Assembly: GCA_902764825.1 (NCBI GenBank)
Contig: CACWXL010000017.1
Location: forward strand, 18,355 to 82,354
Length of the DNA stretch: 64,000 bases
DNA from: Oscillospiraceae bacterium
GTDB taxonomy: Bacteria > Bacillota > Clostridia > Saccharofermentanales > Saccharofermentanaceae
Reading direction: 5' to 3'
The notes below the pieces were generated by a model. That model saw nothing but the letters and a program-made list of their open reading frames with translations, made no database searches and had not been told where the DNA came from. The position numbers and the translations under genes are program-made. Below are positions 36,988 to 48,124 of the stretch, in pieces (the first letter of the stretch is position 1; each line of letters opens with the position of its first letter).

Positions 36988-38103
36988 ATGGCAAGTTTAT
37001 CTTTCCAGCACGTTTACAAGAAGTATGAAGGCGGCGTAGTCGCAGTTTCAGATTTCAATCTTGACGTAGCAGATAAGGAATTCGTTATCCTCGTAGGACC
37101 TTCCGGATGCGGTAAGTCTACAACACTCCGTATGCTCGCCGGTCTCGAAGATATTTCCGAGGGTGAAATCTATATCGACGATCGTTGTGTAAACGACGTT
37201 CTCCCTAAGGACAGAGACATCGCAATGGTTTTCCAGAACTACGCTCTCTATCCTCACATGTCAGTTCGTGACAACATGGCATTCGCACTTAAGCTCAGAA
37301 AGATGCCTAAGGACGAGATCAACCGCCGTGTTCAGGAAGCAGCTAAGATCCTTGAGATCGAGCACTTGCTTGACAGAAAGCCTAAGGCTCTCTCCGGTGG
37401 TCAGCGTCAGAGAGTTGCTCTCGGCCGTGCTATCGTACGTGACCCTAAGGTCTTCCTCATGGACGAGCCTCTCTCCAACTTGGACGCTAAGCTCCGTGTA
37501 CAGATGCGTGTTGAGATCACAAAGCTCCACCACAGACTTAAGACAACATTCGTTTACGTTACACACGACCAGACAGAAGCTATGACGATGGGTACCAGAA
37601 TCGTAGTTATGAAGGACGGCTTCATCCAGCAGGTTGACTCTCCTACGGAGCTCTATGACAACCCGGTTAACACATTCGTTGCAGGATTCATCGGAATGCC
37701 TCCTATGAACTTCATCAATGCTGTTATCAACGTTGAGGGTTCTGACGTATTCGTTTCTTTCGAGAACGTTACTATCAAGCTCCCTGAGAGATATGCAGTT
37801 GAGGAAGTTATGGAGCGCGACGGTCAGGAAGTTATCTTCGGTGTAAGACCTGAGGCTATCACAGACGATATCACATACGTAACAGATCACCCTGAATCAG
37901 CATTCACAGCTGACGTAGACGTCGTCGAAATGCTCGGTGCTGAGACATATCTCTATGTCACAGTTAACGGATCACTCCCGCTCACATGCCGCGTTGACCC
38001 TACAACATCCCAGTCCGCAGTTGGTCAGGTTGTTGACCTCGCAGTTGACTCCAACCGTATCCACCTCTTCGACAAGGATACAGAGCAGAGCATCATTTCC
38101 TAA
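36988..38103 (+). CDS. Sugar ABC transporter ATP-binding protein (MsmK/MalK/UgpC family)
   Basis: [40 protein letters not shown]; no permease genes adjacent. Confidence 0.92.
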   Translation: MASLSFQHVYKKYEGGVVAVSDFNLDVADKEFVILVGPSGCGKSTTLRMLAGLEDISEGEIYIDDRCVNDVLPKDRDIAMVFQNYALYPHMSVRDNMAFALKLRKMPKDEINRRVQEAAKILEIEHLLDRKPKALSGGQRQRVALGRAIVRDPKVFLMDEPLSNLDAKLRVQMRVEITKLHHRLKTTFVYVTHDQTEAMTMGTRIVVMKDGFIQQVDSPTELYDNPVNTFVAGFIGMPPMNFINAVINVEGSDVFVSFENVTIKLPERYAVEEVMERDGQEVIFGVRPEAITDDITYVTDHPESAFTADVDVVEMLGAETYLYVTVNGSLPLTCRVDPTTSQSAVGQVVDLAVDSNRIHLFDKDTEQSIIS

Positions 38104-38130
38104 TAGTAATTAATCTTAGAACCTCAATTC

Positions 38131-38171
38131 AGGGGCCGTGAATTCTAAATAAGAGTTCACGGCCTCTTTTT
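38131..38171 (+). terminator. Terminator after the sugar ABC ATPase
   Basis: GGGGCCGTGAA...TTCACGGCCTC-TTTTT. Confidence 0.75.
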
Positions 38172-38286
38172 ATGTGGCAAATCAGTGTCAGTTCTGCCCT
38201 TAAAACTTGCACCTTTTTAAGAAAAATAATATGATTTAATGTAGCGTTTTATGGACGTTCATAATGCTTCTTGAGAGGTGGAAACC

Positions 38287-39393
38287 ATGGAAGAGATTAA
38301 AAAGTGCATGCGTCAGGTAAAGACAATCATTTCCGTTAACTGCGGAGTGATCGACACGGCAGGTAAGATCTTGGCTGCTACGAATGAGATCGGTGAAGAA
38401 GAGATCGATCCTTCTTTCAGAGCCGTTGTTTCATCAGACAACCTTTTCGCTTCCACCGCTGACAGAACTTATCTGAAAGTGTTTATCGGAGAACAGCTCA
38501 AATACATTCTCTATATCGAGAGCACGGATCCTGATGCAAAGATCTCTTTGCAGCTCATTGCCGAGTGGATGAAGACTCTTGTCAAGGAGAAGGGTACTGA
38601 TGCGGAGAAGGCGATCTTCATCCGTAACGTTCTCCTTGATAACGAGATCAGATCAGAAGTTCCCATGATCGCAAGAGGATATAAGATCGACTGCAATAAT
38701 CCGAGACTCGTTCTCGTTGTAAGGACCGGAGCAGAGCAGAGTGCCGAGGCATTCGAGATACTGCAGAATCTCTATACTGATTCCGATGTTGCTACCGTCA
38801 TCTCCATGGATGACACGACAGCTATCGTCATCATCGACGCACTTGAATCACAGGTAAGTGAGGAAATGAAGGACAGCTTCATAGAGGAGACTTCACAGTC
38901 CGTACTGGCATGCCTTACTTCTGAAGGCTGCAAGGCAAAGGTTGCCGTAGGTTCGGTAGTAGGTTCCTTTATGGATATCAGCAAGTCTTATTCGGATGCC
39001 ATGACTGCACTTAAGGTATCCAAGATCTTCGACGGCGAGTCTGATCTCTCCAGATATGACAAGCTAGGCTTGGGCAGACTCATCTATCAGCTCCCTAAGC
39101 CTCTTTGCGAGATGTTCATCAGGGAAGTATTCCCCAACGAAGCATTCAAGCAGCTGGATGAAGAGACCAGGACCACGATCGATACATTCTTTGCGAATGA
39201 TCTTAACGGTTCTGAGACTTCAAGAGAGTTGTTCGTTCACAGAAACACTCTCGTATACAGACTCGAAAAGGTTAAGACCAAGACAGGTCTTGACTTAAGG
39301 AAATTTGACGACGCGGTACTCTTTAAGATGGCGACCATGGTCAGGACCTATATCGACTATCTTAACGATACCAATGACAACAAGATCAGGTAA
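38287..39393 (+). CDS. CdaR/PucR family transcriptional regulator
   Basis: C-terminal HTH ETSRELFVHRNTLVYRLEKV...GLDLRKFDDA; typical location upstream of ftsE. Confidence 0.88.
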   Translation: MEEIKKCMRQVKTIISVNCGVIDTAGKILAATNEIGEEEIDPSFRAVVSSDNLFASTADRTYLKVFIGEQLKYILYIESTDPDAKISLQLIAEWMKTLVKEKGTDAEKAIFIRNVLLDNEIRSEVPMIARGYKIDCNNPRLVLVVRTGAEQSAEAFEILQNLYTDSDVATVISMDDTTAIVIIDALESQVSEEMKDSFIEETSQSVLACLTSEGCKAKVAVGSVVGSFMDISKSYSDAMTALKVSKIFDGESDLSRYDKLGLGRLIYQLPKPLCEMFIREVFPNEAFKQLDEETRTTIDTFFANDLNGSETSRELFVHRNTLVYRLEKVKTKTGLDLRKFDDAVLFKMATMVRTYIDYLNDTNDNKIR

Positions 39394-39398
39394 ACAAA

Positions 39399-40904
39399 TT
39401 GATTGATTTTATTGATGTAGAGAAAACATACGCTTCCGGAGTTGAAGCTTTAAAGGGGATAAACCTTACGATCGAAGACGGCGAATTCGTCTTCGTCATA
39501 GGAAAATCAGGATCTGGAAAGTCGACACTGCTCAAGTGCATCACTTGTGAGGAGAGACCCACTTCAGGCAAAGTAACTATCGATAATTTCGATATTTCTC
39601 ATATGAGCCGCGCGCTCGTACCATATCTGCGCCGTAAGATCGGAATGATCTATCAGGACTTCCGTCTGATCGAGACAAAGACAGTCGCCGAGAATGTTGC
39701 ATTCGCAGGCGAGATCATCGGCGTACCCAAGCAGAGCCTTATGAATACGGTTCAGATCTGCTTATCCGTAGTAGGACTTAAGGATAAGGCAGACTGTTAT
39801 CCGCAGGAACTCTCAGGCGGTGAGCAGCAGAGAGTTGCCATTGCACGTGCCATGGTCAACAACCCGAGCCTTATCGTTGCAGACGAGCCTACGGGCAACC
39901 TTGACCCTGAGACATCAGAGGCCATCATGGCCATGCTCCTTGAGATCAACAGAAACGGCGGCACTACGGTAATCATCTGCACTCACGACAGCACGATGGT
40001 CGACCGTATGAAGCAGCGTGTAATCGAGATCGAAGAAGGTCTTATCTTAAGAGATGAGAAGGACAGCAGCTATAAGGGTGAAGCTGAGCCCGATGCAATT
40101 GCTGCGCAGGCACAGAGAACATCGCTGTACAGCGGTGCAGCTTCAAGCTCTGTTTCTTTCGGTGATGATGAAGCATATAACGACGATTACGATGATGCCG
40201 AATATGCTGACACCAAGGCTTCACTCCCGTCCCCCGACGGAGTGCTCTTCGGTGAGACGACTGCAAGAGAATATGAGCCGGTTGAAGAATCCTTCAAGCC
40301 CGAGTTTGACCTTGATAAGGATGTAACACCCATTACTTCCATTCCTGACGAGGTATTTAACGGCGATAATGAACCGAAGGTGACAGAGATCACCGAAGTT
40401 TTCGAGATCTCCGAAGAAAAGGAAGAGCCTGAGGAAGCAGATGATGCGGAAGAGGCAGAAGAAAAGCCTGTTTCTGAGGAACCTGCAGCTCCCGCGGAAG
40501 AAGTAAAAGAAGCGGTCAAAGAAGAACCTGCAGTTAAGGCCGAAGAACCCGAAAGGGCTGAGGTCATTGAGATCAATATTCCTGAAGATACTACATCCTT
40601 CTCGTTCGGTGATGAGGATAAAAAGGCTCCTGCAGCACCTGTCAGGGCTGCCGCAAGCGCTCCTTCCAAAAAGAACATCGATCTCGATCCTGACATCGAT
40701 CCTGATGAAGACCTTTCTTACAGCCAGGAGGAACCTGACAATTCCAGACTGATCAGGCGTGAGTTCAAGCGCAGGGAAAAGGAAGAGAAGGCTGCCTTGA
40801 AGGAAGCTAAGCGCAAGGAAAAGCTTGATAAGAAGAAAAAGGTAAGAAGGACAGATTTCAAGCCCGGAACTGATATTGATATGATGCCGGAGGATGATGA
40901 ATAA
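39399..40904 (+). CDS. ftsE: Cell division ATP-binding protein FtsE with a long acidic C-terminal tail
   Basis: [46 protein letters not shown]; directly upstream of ftsX. Confidence 0.9.
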   Translation: MIDFIDVEKTYASGVEALKGINLTIEDGEFVFVIGKSGSGKSTLLKCITCEERPTSGKVTIDNFDISHMSRALVPYLRRKIGMIYQDFRLIETKTVAENVAFAGEIIGVPKQSLMNTVQICLSVVGLKDKADCYPQELSGGEQQRVAIARAMVNNPSLIVADEPTGNLDPETSEAIMAMLLEINRNGGTTVIICTHDSTMVDRMKQRVIEIEEGLILRDEKDSSYKGEAEPDAIAAQAQRTSLYSGAASSSVSFGDDEAYNDDYDDAEYADTKASLPSPDGVLFGETTAREYEPVEESFKPEFDLDKDVTPITSIPDEVFNGDNEPKVTEITEVFEISEEKEEPEEADDAEEAEEKPVSEEPAAPAEEVKEAVKEEPAVKAEEPERAEVIEINIPEDTTSFSFGDEDKKAPAAPVRAAASAPSKKNIDLDPDIDPDEDLSYSQEEPDNSRLIRREFKRREKEEKAALKEAKRKEKLDKKKKVRRTDFKPGTDIDMMPEDDE

Positions 40905-41800
40905 TGACCGGAAGAGCTTTAATTAATTCAATCAAAGAAGGCTTTCGCGGAATCATCAGGCATCCGCTCGTAACCATAGCCTCAATTACGACCATCATGC
41001 TGATGCTCATTATCATGGGCGCTTTCTATATGTTCTCCGTAAATGCAAGAAGGATCATGAGAAAGCTTGCTCAAAGACCCCCTATCGAGGTCTATATGAC
41101 GCTTCAGTCGACTGAGGACGAGAGAAATATTGTAGCCCGGAAGCTTGCCGACAACCCGAACATCATCGAGTATACGATGGCATCACCTGAGGAGAACTAC
41201 AACAGCTTCAAGTCAAATCTCGGATCTTCTTCATCCATCCTGGATGATTTCGATTACAACATGTATCTGCCTTATACCTTCAGCATCAGACTTCAGGATC
41301 CTTCTATAGCAAATGAAGTATGTGCCGAGATAGAGACATATACCGGAGTCTCGAAGGTTGCCCAGGAAAGCAGCGTAATGACGTTCCTTACCAAGGCTTC
41401 AAGGATCGTTAATGTCACGACGGCAGTGTCATTCGTTGTTCTTTTCATAATCGCGTTGTTCATCATCTCGAACATGGTCCGTATCTCCGTTTACTCGAGA
41501 GCTTCGGAGATCGAGATCATGAAATTCGTCGGCGCCACAAACAACTACATAAGACTTCCTTATATAACGGAAGGTGCCATTGTAGGACTGTTCAGCGCTC
41601 TGACTTCATGGGCGGTCACAACGATCGTCTATCATTCGGTCTATGCAAGGGCAATGAGCTCGATCGACCCGACCAGTTTCTATTCCCTGGCTACGACCAG
41701 ATCACTCATGTGGCATGAACTTGTTATCCTTGTCATAATGGGACTTATAATCGGTGCAGTAGGAAGCGGTATTTCGGTACGTCAATATATCAAAGTGTGA
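40904..41800 (+). CDS. ftsX: Cell division permease FtsX
   Basis: Four-TM layout; IISNMVRISVYSRASEIEIMKFVGAT...IRLPYITEG. Confidence 0.92.
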   Translation: MTGRALINSIKEGFRGIIRHPLVTIASITTIMLMLIIMGAFYMFSVNARRIMRKLAQRPPIEVYMTLQSTEDERNIVARKLADNPNIIEYTMASPEENYNSFKSNLGSSSSILDDFDYNMYLPYTFSIRLQDPSIANEVCAEIETYTGVSKVAQESSVMTFLTKASRIVNVTTAVSFVVLFIIALFIISNMVRISVYSRASEIEIMKFVGATNNYIRLPYITEGAIVGLFSALTSWAVTTIVYHSVYARAMSSIDPTSFYSLATTRSLMWHELVILVIMGLIIGAVGSGISVRQYIKV

Positions 41801-41808
41801 GGCATATC

Positions 41809-43143
41809 ATGATAAACACGGAAACTATTGAAAGAAACGAGAAAAGCGTAAAAAAGAGCGGCAGGATCATCAGAAGAGTATCGATGTTCTTTGTAGCTCT
41901 GCTCTGTTGCCTTGTTGCAACGGCATCCAGTTCATGGCTCAGCTCCGAGCGTGTCGTTGCCGTAAGCGGCATTCCTGTTCTTGTCAACAAGGTCACTCAG
42001 GAAGACATCAATAATGCGAAAAAGAAGAGAGATGCTGCAAAGCAGGAAGCTAATAAAGCCAAGGAAAAGATCTCAAACCTGAAGGGCCAGAAGGACCAGC
42101 TCACCGGTGAGCTCTCAAAGCTCAACCAGGCAAATGCCGATCAGAAAGCCCAGTATGAGCTTATCGCTTCACAGCTGCAGGCTGCTCTGGATGAGAAAGC
42201 AGCAGCTCTGGATGAATACATTGCAGCTCAGGAGCACCTCGAGCAGCAGCAGAAGCTCTTTACGGACAGGATCACGATAATGTTCGAATACCAGAACAAG
42301 TCTACTCTGGAAGTCCTTTTGGAATCTGACAGCCTTGCAGGTTTCTTTACGAATATGGAAGTTATCACACTCATCGCAGACGCTGACGCACAGGCTGTTG
42401 ATATGCTCCAGTCCGCACTGGACGATGCCGAACTCCAGGCTGACATTAAGCTCCAGCATGCTGAAGAGATGCAGGGCATTGCTGATGAGAAGAAGAGACA
42501 GTTAGACGAGCTCGAAAAGCTTATCGGACAGACCGAGGCCACGATCGACGACGTTAATACGAGCATCGATTCATGGGAGAAGAAGGAAGATGAGCTTGAA
42601 GCAGAGGCAAAGAAACTTGAAGATAAGATCAAGAGCCTCCAGACCCAGTACAACAAAGAGAATGCCGCAACAGGCGGCGGCGGAGCCGGCACGACCACTT
42701 ATAACAGCAGCGGTACAAAGACCGTAGGCGGTATCACATGGCGCTGGCCTACATATACTACGAGCATTACATCCTACTACGGATACAGGATCCACCCCGT
42801 CTATAAGACAAAGAAGTTCCACTCCGGAGTAGATATCGGCGCAGGCTACGGTAATACGATCATGGCAGCAGCTTCCGGTACGGTAATCTTTGTTACAGAG
42901 CCTGTTGAAGGCAAGAACAAGGGCGGTTCCGGATACGGCAATTACTGCATCATCGACCACGGCAACGGATATACGACCCTTTACGGTCACGCAAGGGACA
43001 TCTATGTCAAGGAAGGCCAGAAGGTCAGCCGCGGCAAGGCTATCGGTGAAGTCGGAAGCACCGGCACATCAACGGGCGCACACCTCCACTTCGAAGTCCG
43101 TATAAACGGCGGTACGGTAAATCCTTTGAACTATCTGCCTTAA
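41809..43143 (+). CDS. Coiled-coil plus M23 peptidase (EnvC/CwlO-like, FtsEX partner)
   Basis: Signal peptide, long coiled coil, M23 motifs HSGVDI, HGNGYTTLYGH and TGAHLHFEV. Confidence 0.9.
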   Translation: MINTETIERNEKSVKKSGRIIRRVSMFFVALLCCLVATASSSWLSSERVVAVSGIPVLVNKVTQEDINNAKKKRDAAKQEANKAKEKISNLKGQKDQLTGELSKLNQANADQKAQYELIASQLQAALDEKAAALDEYIAAQEHLEQQQKLFTDRITIMFEYQNKSTLEVLLESDSLAGFFTNMEVITLIADADAQAVDMLQSALDDAELQADIKLQHAEEMQGIADEKKRQLDELEKLIGQTEATIDDVNTSIDSWEKKEDELEAEAKKLEDKIKSLQTQYNKENAATGGGGAGTTTYNSSGTKTVGGITWRWPTYTTSITSYYGYRIHPVYKTKKFHSGVDIGAGYGNTIMAAASGTVIFVTEPVEGKNKGGSGYGNYCIIDHGNGYTTLYGHARDIYVKEGQKVSRGKAIGEVGSTGTSTGAHLHFEVRINGGTVNPLNYLP

Positions 43144-43149
43144 TCTTTC

Positions 43150-43893
43150 ATGGACGATAGTTTTTACGACATACTCGCTCTTCATTACGATGATCTTCAG
43201 ATAAACGGCGATACTTCTGCCTGGGGACCGTATATCTATGGTCTTATCAGTGATTACTGCAGCATCAAGGATCCTTCGGTTACCGATCTCGGCTGCGGAA
43301 CAGGTGTAGTCACGAATTACCTGGCTTCAAAGGGAATGAAGGTAACGGGTGTCGATCTCTCTCCCGATATGCTCGCTTTAGCTTCGGCGGGGGATGAGTC
43401 GGGAACGGTTTCCTGGATATGCGCTGATATCACTTCTTATGAAGGACCTTCCTGCGGATGCTTTATCTCCACGATGGATACGGTCGGTCACATTACCGAT
43501 CCCGATGACCTTTCCGGGATCTTTAAGACGGCAGCCGAGAGCCTTGAAGAGGGCGGGGTATTTATCCTCGATACAACGACAAAGAATCATTTTGAGAAGT
43601 CATTGGGCGAGAATGTTTTCTACGAAGACTACGATGATTTTACGCTCCTGTGGGTAAATCATTACGATAAGGAGAATAAGATCAATCACGCCGAGCTCAC
43701 GCTTTTCGAGCTCTCTGAAGATGATCTTTATGAGAGATACGACGGCGAACTTACCGCAAGATTCTATTCTCCTGAAGAAATTGAAGAAATGGCGCAGAAG
43801 GCAGGGCTTAAAAAACTTGCAGTATTCGGAGAACTGAACAGGGAAGCGCCTTCCGATAAAGATGAACGCATTTTCTTTGTATTCGGAAAATAA
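43150..43893 (+). CDS. Class I SAM-dependent methyltransferase
   Basis: DLGCGTG, GVDLSPDML, LEEGGVFILD. Confidence 0.88.
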   Translation: MDDSFYDILALHYDDLQINGDTSAWGPYIYGLISDYCSIKDPSVTDLGCGTGVVTNYLASKGMKVTGVDLSPDMLALASAGDESGTVSWICADITSYEGPSCGCFISTMDTVGHITDPDDLSGIFKTAAESLEEGGVFILDTTTKNHFEKSLGENVFYEDYDDFTLLWVNHYDKENKINHAELTLFELSEDDLYERYDGELTARFYSPEEIEEMAQKAGLKKLAVFGELNREAPSDKDERIFFVFGK

Positions 43894-43914
43894 TTTTATA
43901 TATAAGGAACAGAC

Positions 43915-44820
43915 ATGGCAGATAACGCATATTACGTACCGGGCGCGCCCGAAGACTTAAGGAAAGACCACATCGTAAGGGCCGAAGGCTTAGGCGGTCT
44001 TGTTAAGTGTCTTTGTGTAAGCACGAAGACCGTATGTGAGACTGCCAGGGTCATGCATCAGATGTCTCCTGTGGCAACAGCTGCACTCGGCAGGTTCATG
44101 ACAGGATCTATCCTGATATCCGAATCCATGAAGAATCCCGGCGATACACAGACAACGATAATCAGGGGCGACGGACCGATGGAAGGTATGACCTGCGTTA
44201 CAGATTTCGGCTTCAAGGTCAGGGCATATCCCATGGAACCCGTTGTTCCGACAGAATATCATAAGCTCGGCAAGATAAATGTCGGTGCGGCAGTAGGCAA
44301 GGGAAGCCTTACCGTTGTAAGGGATATCGGTCTTAAGGAGCCTTATGTCGGCGTGTCCGAACTGGTTTCCGGCGAGATCGCGGAAGATTTTGCTTATTAT
44401 CTGGCAAAGTCCGAACAGACCAAGTCGATAGTGTCTTTGGGCGTATTGCTCGAAAAAGGAGAAGTCTCACATGCAGGCGGACTTATGGTCCAGCTCCTGC
44501 CCGGTGCCGGTGAGGATGAGATCTCCTATCTGGAGAAGAGAGCTGCAGGGTTCCCTGAGATCTCTTTCCTCTTCAGCGAAGGTTTTACCCCCGCCCAGAT
44601 AATCGACCTCTTCATGGGAGATCCGGACCTTAAATATCTGGACGGACAGGAAGTAGAGTTCAAGTGCAACTGCAGCAGGGAAAGAATGCTGTCAGGTCTT
44701 GCCGCACTCGGCAAAAAAGATCTTGAAGAGATCACAAAAGACGGCAAGCCGATCGAGACAGTATGCAGATTTTGCAACAGTAAATACGTTTTTGAGCCCG
44801 ATGAGCTTAAAAATGTTTAA
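43915..44820 (+). CDS. hslO: Hsp33 redox-regulated chaperone
   Basis: SGEIAEDFAYYLAKSEQ, CNCSRER and CRFC zinc ligands. Confidence 0.93.
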   Translation: MADNAYYVPGAPEDLRKDHIVRAEGLGGLVKCLCVSTKTVCETARVMHQMSPVATAALGRFMTGSILISESMKNPGDTQTTIIRGDGPMEGMTCVTDFGFKVRAYPMEPVVPTEYHKLGKINVGAAVGKGSLTVVRDIGLKEPYVGVSELVSGEIAEDFAYYLAKSEQTKSIVSLGVLLEKGEVSHAGGLMVQLLPGAGEDEISYLEKRAAGFPEISFLFSEGFTPAQIIDLFMGDPDLKYLDGQEVEFKCNCSRERMLSGLAALGKKDLEEITKDGKPIETVCRFCNSKYVFEPDELKNV

Positions 44821-44848
44821 AAATATAGGCAAAACTGTAAAAAAGTGC

Positions 44849-44877
44849 TTGCAAATCCCAAAACAAGATAGTAGAAT
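44849..44877 (+). promoter_or_regulatory. Sigma-A promoter of the S10 operon
   Basis: TTGCAA-17 bp-TAGAAT. Confidence 0.75.
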
Positions 44878-44883
44878 ACCTTT

Positions 44884-45208
44884 CGCACGCGTCTAAACAG
44901 GGCGAATTATGCCCTTTTAAGAACGGGTGATAAGGCTTTGATAACGGAGATTGCCACGAGGTGAGGCGCCAGCTGCGCGGAAACTCACGAGGTGGGTAAC
45001 TTCGAAGGAGCCGAAGGCAGAGGATACGATCCGATGCCGTCTCAGAACCCGATGGTTCGGAGAGTTCGAAGCAGTACGTTACTGCCCAGAGAACCAAAGT
45101 GCCGCCTTAAGGAGGTAACTGGATAGTCTGGGTTTTTGAATGGAAAGCCAAGACACTCCCGACAGGGTTGAGAAAAAGGAATACAGCTTATAGAAGGAGG
45201 CCAACAAA
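44884..45208 (+). ncRNA. Long structured 5' leader of rpsJ (probable ribosomal-protein leader, S10-Clostridia-like)
   Basis: ~325-nt GC-richer leader between promoter and rpsJ with GGAGATTGCC and several hairpins; family assignment inferred from position. Confidence 0.5.
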
Positions 45209-45526
45209 ATGGCAACAAAGACAACAATGGTCAGGATTAAGCTCAAGGCTTATGATCACAAGATTCTCGACGAGAGCGCAAAGCTTATCGTAGATGCACT
45301 CGCACGCGACGATGCAAGCTTCTCCGGTCCTATCCCGCTCCCTACTGAGAAGGAGATCATCACGATCCTCCGTTCACCTCACGTAAACAAGGATTCACGT
45401 GAGCAGTTCGAGCAGAGAACTCACAAGAGAATCATCGACGTCTACACACCGTCCTCCCAGACGATGGAAGACATTGCAAAGCTTGACATGCCTGCAGGCG
45501 TTACTATTGAAGTAAAGGTCAAATAA
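45209..45526 (+). CDS. rpsJ: 30S ribosomal protein S10
   Basis: [36 protein letters not shown]. Confidence 0.97.
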   Translation: MATKTTMVRIKLKAYDHKILDESAKLIVDALARDDASFSGPIPLPTEKEIITILRSPHVNKDSREQFEQRTHKRIIDVYTPSSQTMEDIAKLDMPAGVTIEVKVK

Positions 45527-45638
45527 TAACGCTTAACGGCTTAAATCGGTTTTTAAAGGATTGCCAAGCCTTAAGAACCGAGGTCACGTTCTTCGGAAAA
45601 CCGTTGAACCAATAACCTAAATAGGAGGAAAGAACTTT

Positions 45639-46265
45639 ATGACGAAATTCATCATTGGCAGAAAGTCCGGCATGACACAGTTGTTCGACGATAACGGCAA
45701 CGTAATTCCGGCAACCGTTATAAGCTGCGAGCCTATGTACGTGCTCCAGAACAAGACGGTAGAGACTGACGGATACAAGGCCTGCAAAGTAGGCACAGGT
45801 TCCATCAGAGCAAAGCTTGTAAACAAGCCTGACGCAGGACAGTTCAAGAAGGCTGACGTTGAGCCTAAGAGAATTATCCGCGAATTCACACCCGACGAGG
45901 AGTACAGCCTCGGACAGGAGATCAAGGTATCCGATATGTTTGCAGTCGGCGACAAGGTTGACGTATCAGGCGTATCAAAGGGTAAGGGTTTCCAGGGTAA
46001 TATCAAGCGTCACGGCCAGAAGGGCGGACCTGACGGCCACGGCTCCATGTATCACAGAAGAGTCGGTTCCATGGGCGCTACTTCCACACCCGGTAGAGTT
46101 GTACCCGGTAAGAAGATGCCTGGACACATGGGCGCAGTTAACTGCACAGTACAGAACCTTAGCGTTGTCATGGTTGACGGCGAAAGAGGAATCCTCGTAA
46201 TCAGAGGCGCAATTCCCGGTCCTAAGGGCGGCATCGTAACAGTTCAGAATACTGTTAAGGCATAA
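45639..46265 (+). CDS. rplC: 50S ribosomal protein L3
   Basis: GRKSGMTQ, SKGKGFQGNIKRH, GKKMPGHMG. Confidence 0.97.
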   Translation: MTKFIIGRKSGMTQLFDDNGNVIPATVISCEPMYVLQNKTVETDGYKACKVGTGSIRAKLVNKPDAGQFKKADVEPKRIIREFTPDEEYSLGQEIKVSDMFAVGDKVDVSGVSKGKGFQGNIKRHGQKGGPDGHGSMYHRRVGSMGATSTPGRVVPGKKMPGHMGAVNCTVQNLSVVMVDGERGILVIRGAIPGPKGGIVTVQNTVKA

Positions 46266-46282
46266 GACGGAGGAACAAAATA

Positions 46283-46906
46283 ATGGCTAAAATTGATGTT
46301 AAAGATTTGACAGGTGCCGTTACGGGTTCCATCGAGCTTTCCGATGAGATTTTCGGCATCGAGCCCAACGAAGCTGCTATGTCTACAGTTGTTAGAAATC
46401 AGCTTGCAAATAAGAGACAGGGCACACAGAAGACAAAGACAAGAAGCGAAGTATCCGGCGGCGGTAAGCGCCCCTACAGACAGAAGGGTACAGGTCGCGC
46501 TCGTCACGGTTCAACACGTTCCGCACAGTATGTAGGCGGCGGAATCATCTTTGGACCTACACCCAGATCATACAGCTACACAGTACCTAAGAAGATCAAG
46601 AGACTTGCACTCAAGTCCGCACTCTCTTCAAAGGTTGCTTCTGAGAAGATGATCGTTATCGAGAACATGGATCTTGCTGAAGTTAAGACAGCAGCAGTTG
46701 CCAAGGCTCTTAAGGCTATCGGCGCAAGTGATTCTTCACTCATCGTTCTCGAGGGCGTAAACAGAAACGCAGAGCTTTCTGCAAGAAACATCAAGGATGT
46801 TAAGACAGCACTCGTTAACACGATCAATGTTATGGATATCCTTAAGTATGACAGCTTTGTTGCTACAAAGGCTGCAGTTGAGAAGATCGAGGAGGTATAC
46901 AAGTAA
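46283..46906 (+). CDS. rplD: 50S ribosomal protein L4
   Basis: RQGTQKTKTRSEVSGGGKRPYRQKGTGRAR. Confidence 0.97.
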   Translation: MAKIDVKDLTGAVTGSIELSDEIFGIEPNEAAMSTVVRNQLANKRQGTQKTKTRSEVSGGGKRPYRQKGTGRARHGSTRSAQYVGGGIIFGPTPRSYSYTVPKKIKRLALKSALSSKVASEKMIVIENMDLAEVKTAAVAKALKAIGASDSSLIVLEGVNRNAELSARNIKDVKTALVNTINVMDILKYDSFVATKAAVEKIEEVYK

Positions 46907-47259
46907 TGAAGTCCCCCTATGATGTAATCATCAAGCCCATCATCACAGAGAAGACGATGGCTAGCACAGAAGAAGGCAAGTACACATTCGTAGTTGCACC
47001 TGACGCTGAGAAGCCCGAGATCAAGGCAGCAGCTGAGAAGCTCTTCGGTGTAAAGGTTCTTGCTGTTAACGTTGCAAACTTTGACGGTAAGACAAGAAGA
47101 CTTAGAAATAAGCCCGGCAAGACACCTGCTTACAAGAAGGCAGTTGTTACAATCGCTACAGACGCAGTTGAGGCTACATACCTCGGCAAGGGCGGCAAGG
47201 CAGTTAAGGCCGGAACAAAGAACAAGACATCAATCGAAGAATTCGGTTTTGGTCAGTAA
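46906..47259 (+). CDS. rplW: 50S ribosomal protein L23 (extended C-terminus)
   Basis: IIKPIITEKT, KYTFVV, KKAVVT; operon order. Confidence 0.95.
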   Translation: MKSPYDVIIKPIITEKTMASTEEGKYTFVVAPDAEKPEIKAAAEKLFGVKVLAVNVANFDGKTRRLRNKPGKTPAYKKAVVTIATDAVEATYLGKGGKAVKAGTKNKTSIEEFGFGQ

Positions 47260-47281
47260 TGTAATCAAGGAGAGATAAAAA

Positions 47282-48112
47282 ATGGCAGTAAAAACATTTA
47301 AACCTACTTCTCCCGCAGTTCGTGGAATGGCCATAGCTGACTATTCCGTTCTTACAAAGAAGGACCCGGAGAAGAGCCTTCTTAAGTCAAGGAAGAAGAC
47401 AGGCGGCCGTAACTCTTATGGCCGTATCACGGTTCGCCATATCGGCGGCGGTAACCGTACAAAGCTCAGAGTAATCGATTGGAAGCGTGACAGAGTAGGA
47501 GTTCCTGCTACAGTCAAGGCAATCGAGTACGATCCTAACAGAACAGCTTACTTGGCACTCATTCAGTATGTTGACGGTGTTAAGTCCTACATCCTCGCTC
47601 CCGAGGGCCTCAAGGCAGGTCACAAGGTTGAGAGCGGCCCGGATGCAGATATCCTTAACGGCAACGTTCTTCCTATTTCCTCTATCCCGGTAGGTACAGT
47701 TATCTGCTGCGTAGAGATGAATCCCGGCAAGGGCGCTCAGCTCGTTAGAACAGCAGGCGCTTCCGCTCAGCTTATGGCTAAGGAGAATGGTTTCGCTCAG
47801 ATCCGTCTTCCTTCCGGTGAAGTTCGTATGGTTCCCGAGAAGTGCCGCGCTATGATCGGTTCTATCGGCAACGCAGAGCACGAGAACGTTAAGCTCGGTA
47901 AAGCAGGTAAGTCCAGACATGCTGGCGTCAGACCTTCAGTTAGAGGTGTCGTAATGAACCCTAACGATCACCCTCACGGCGGTGGTGAAGGTAAGTCTCC
48001 TATCGGTCTTCCCGGCCCTGTTACACCTTGGGGTGTTCCTACATTGGGTAAGAAGACACGTAATAAGAAGAAGCAGTCCAGCAAGTACATTGTTAAGTCT
48101 AGAAAGGCATAA
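47282..48112 (+). CDS. rplB: 50S ribosomal protein L2
   Basis: [33 protein letters not shown]. Confidence 0.98.
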   Translation: MAVKTFKPTSPAVRGMAIADYSVLTKKDPEKSLLKSRKKTGGRNSYGRITVRHIGGGNRTKLRVIDWKRDRVGVPATVKAIEYDPNRTAYLALIQYVDGVKSYILAPEGLKAGHKVESGPDADILNGNVLPISSIPVGTVICCVEMNPGKGAQLVRTAGASAQLMAKENGFAQIRLPSGEVRMVPEKCRAMIGSIGNAEHENVKLGKAGKSRHAGVRPSVRGVVMNPNDHPHGGGEGKSPIGLPGPVTPWGVPTLGKKTRNKKKQSSKYIVKSRKA

Positions 48113-48124
48113 GGAGGCAGTTCA

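Noticed and set aside
36988-38103. Orphan sugar ABC ATPase as a broken operon
   Set aside because: Stand-alone MsmK/MsmX ATPases serving several transporters are normal in Firmicutes, and this ATPase-CdaR-ftsEX order is common in Clostridia.
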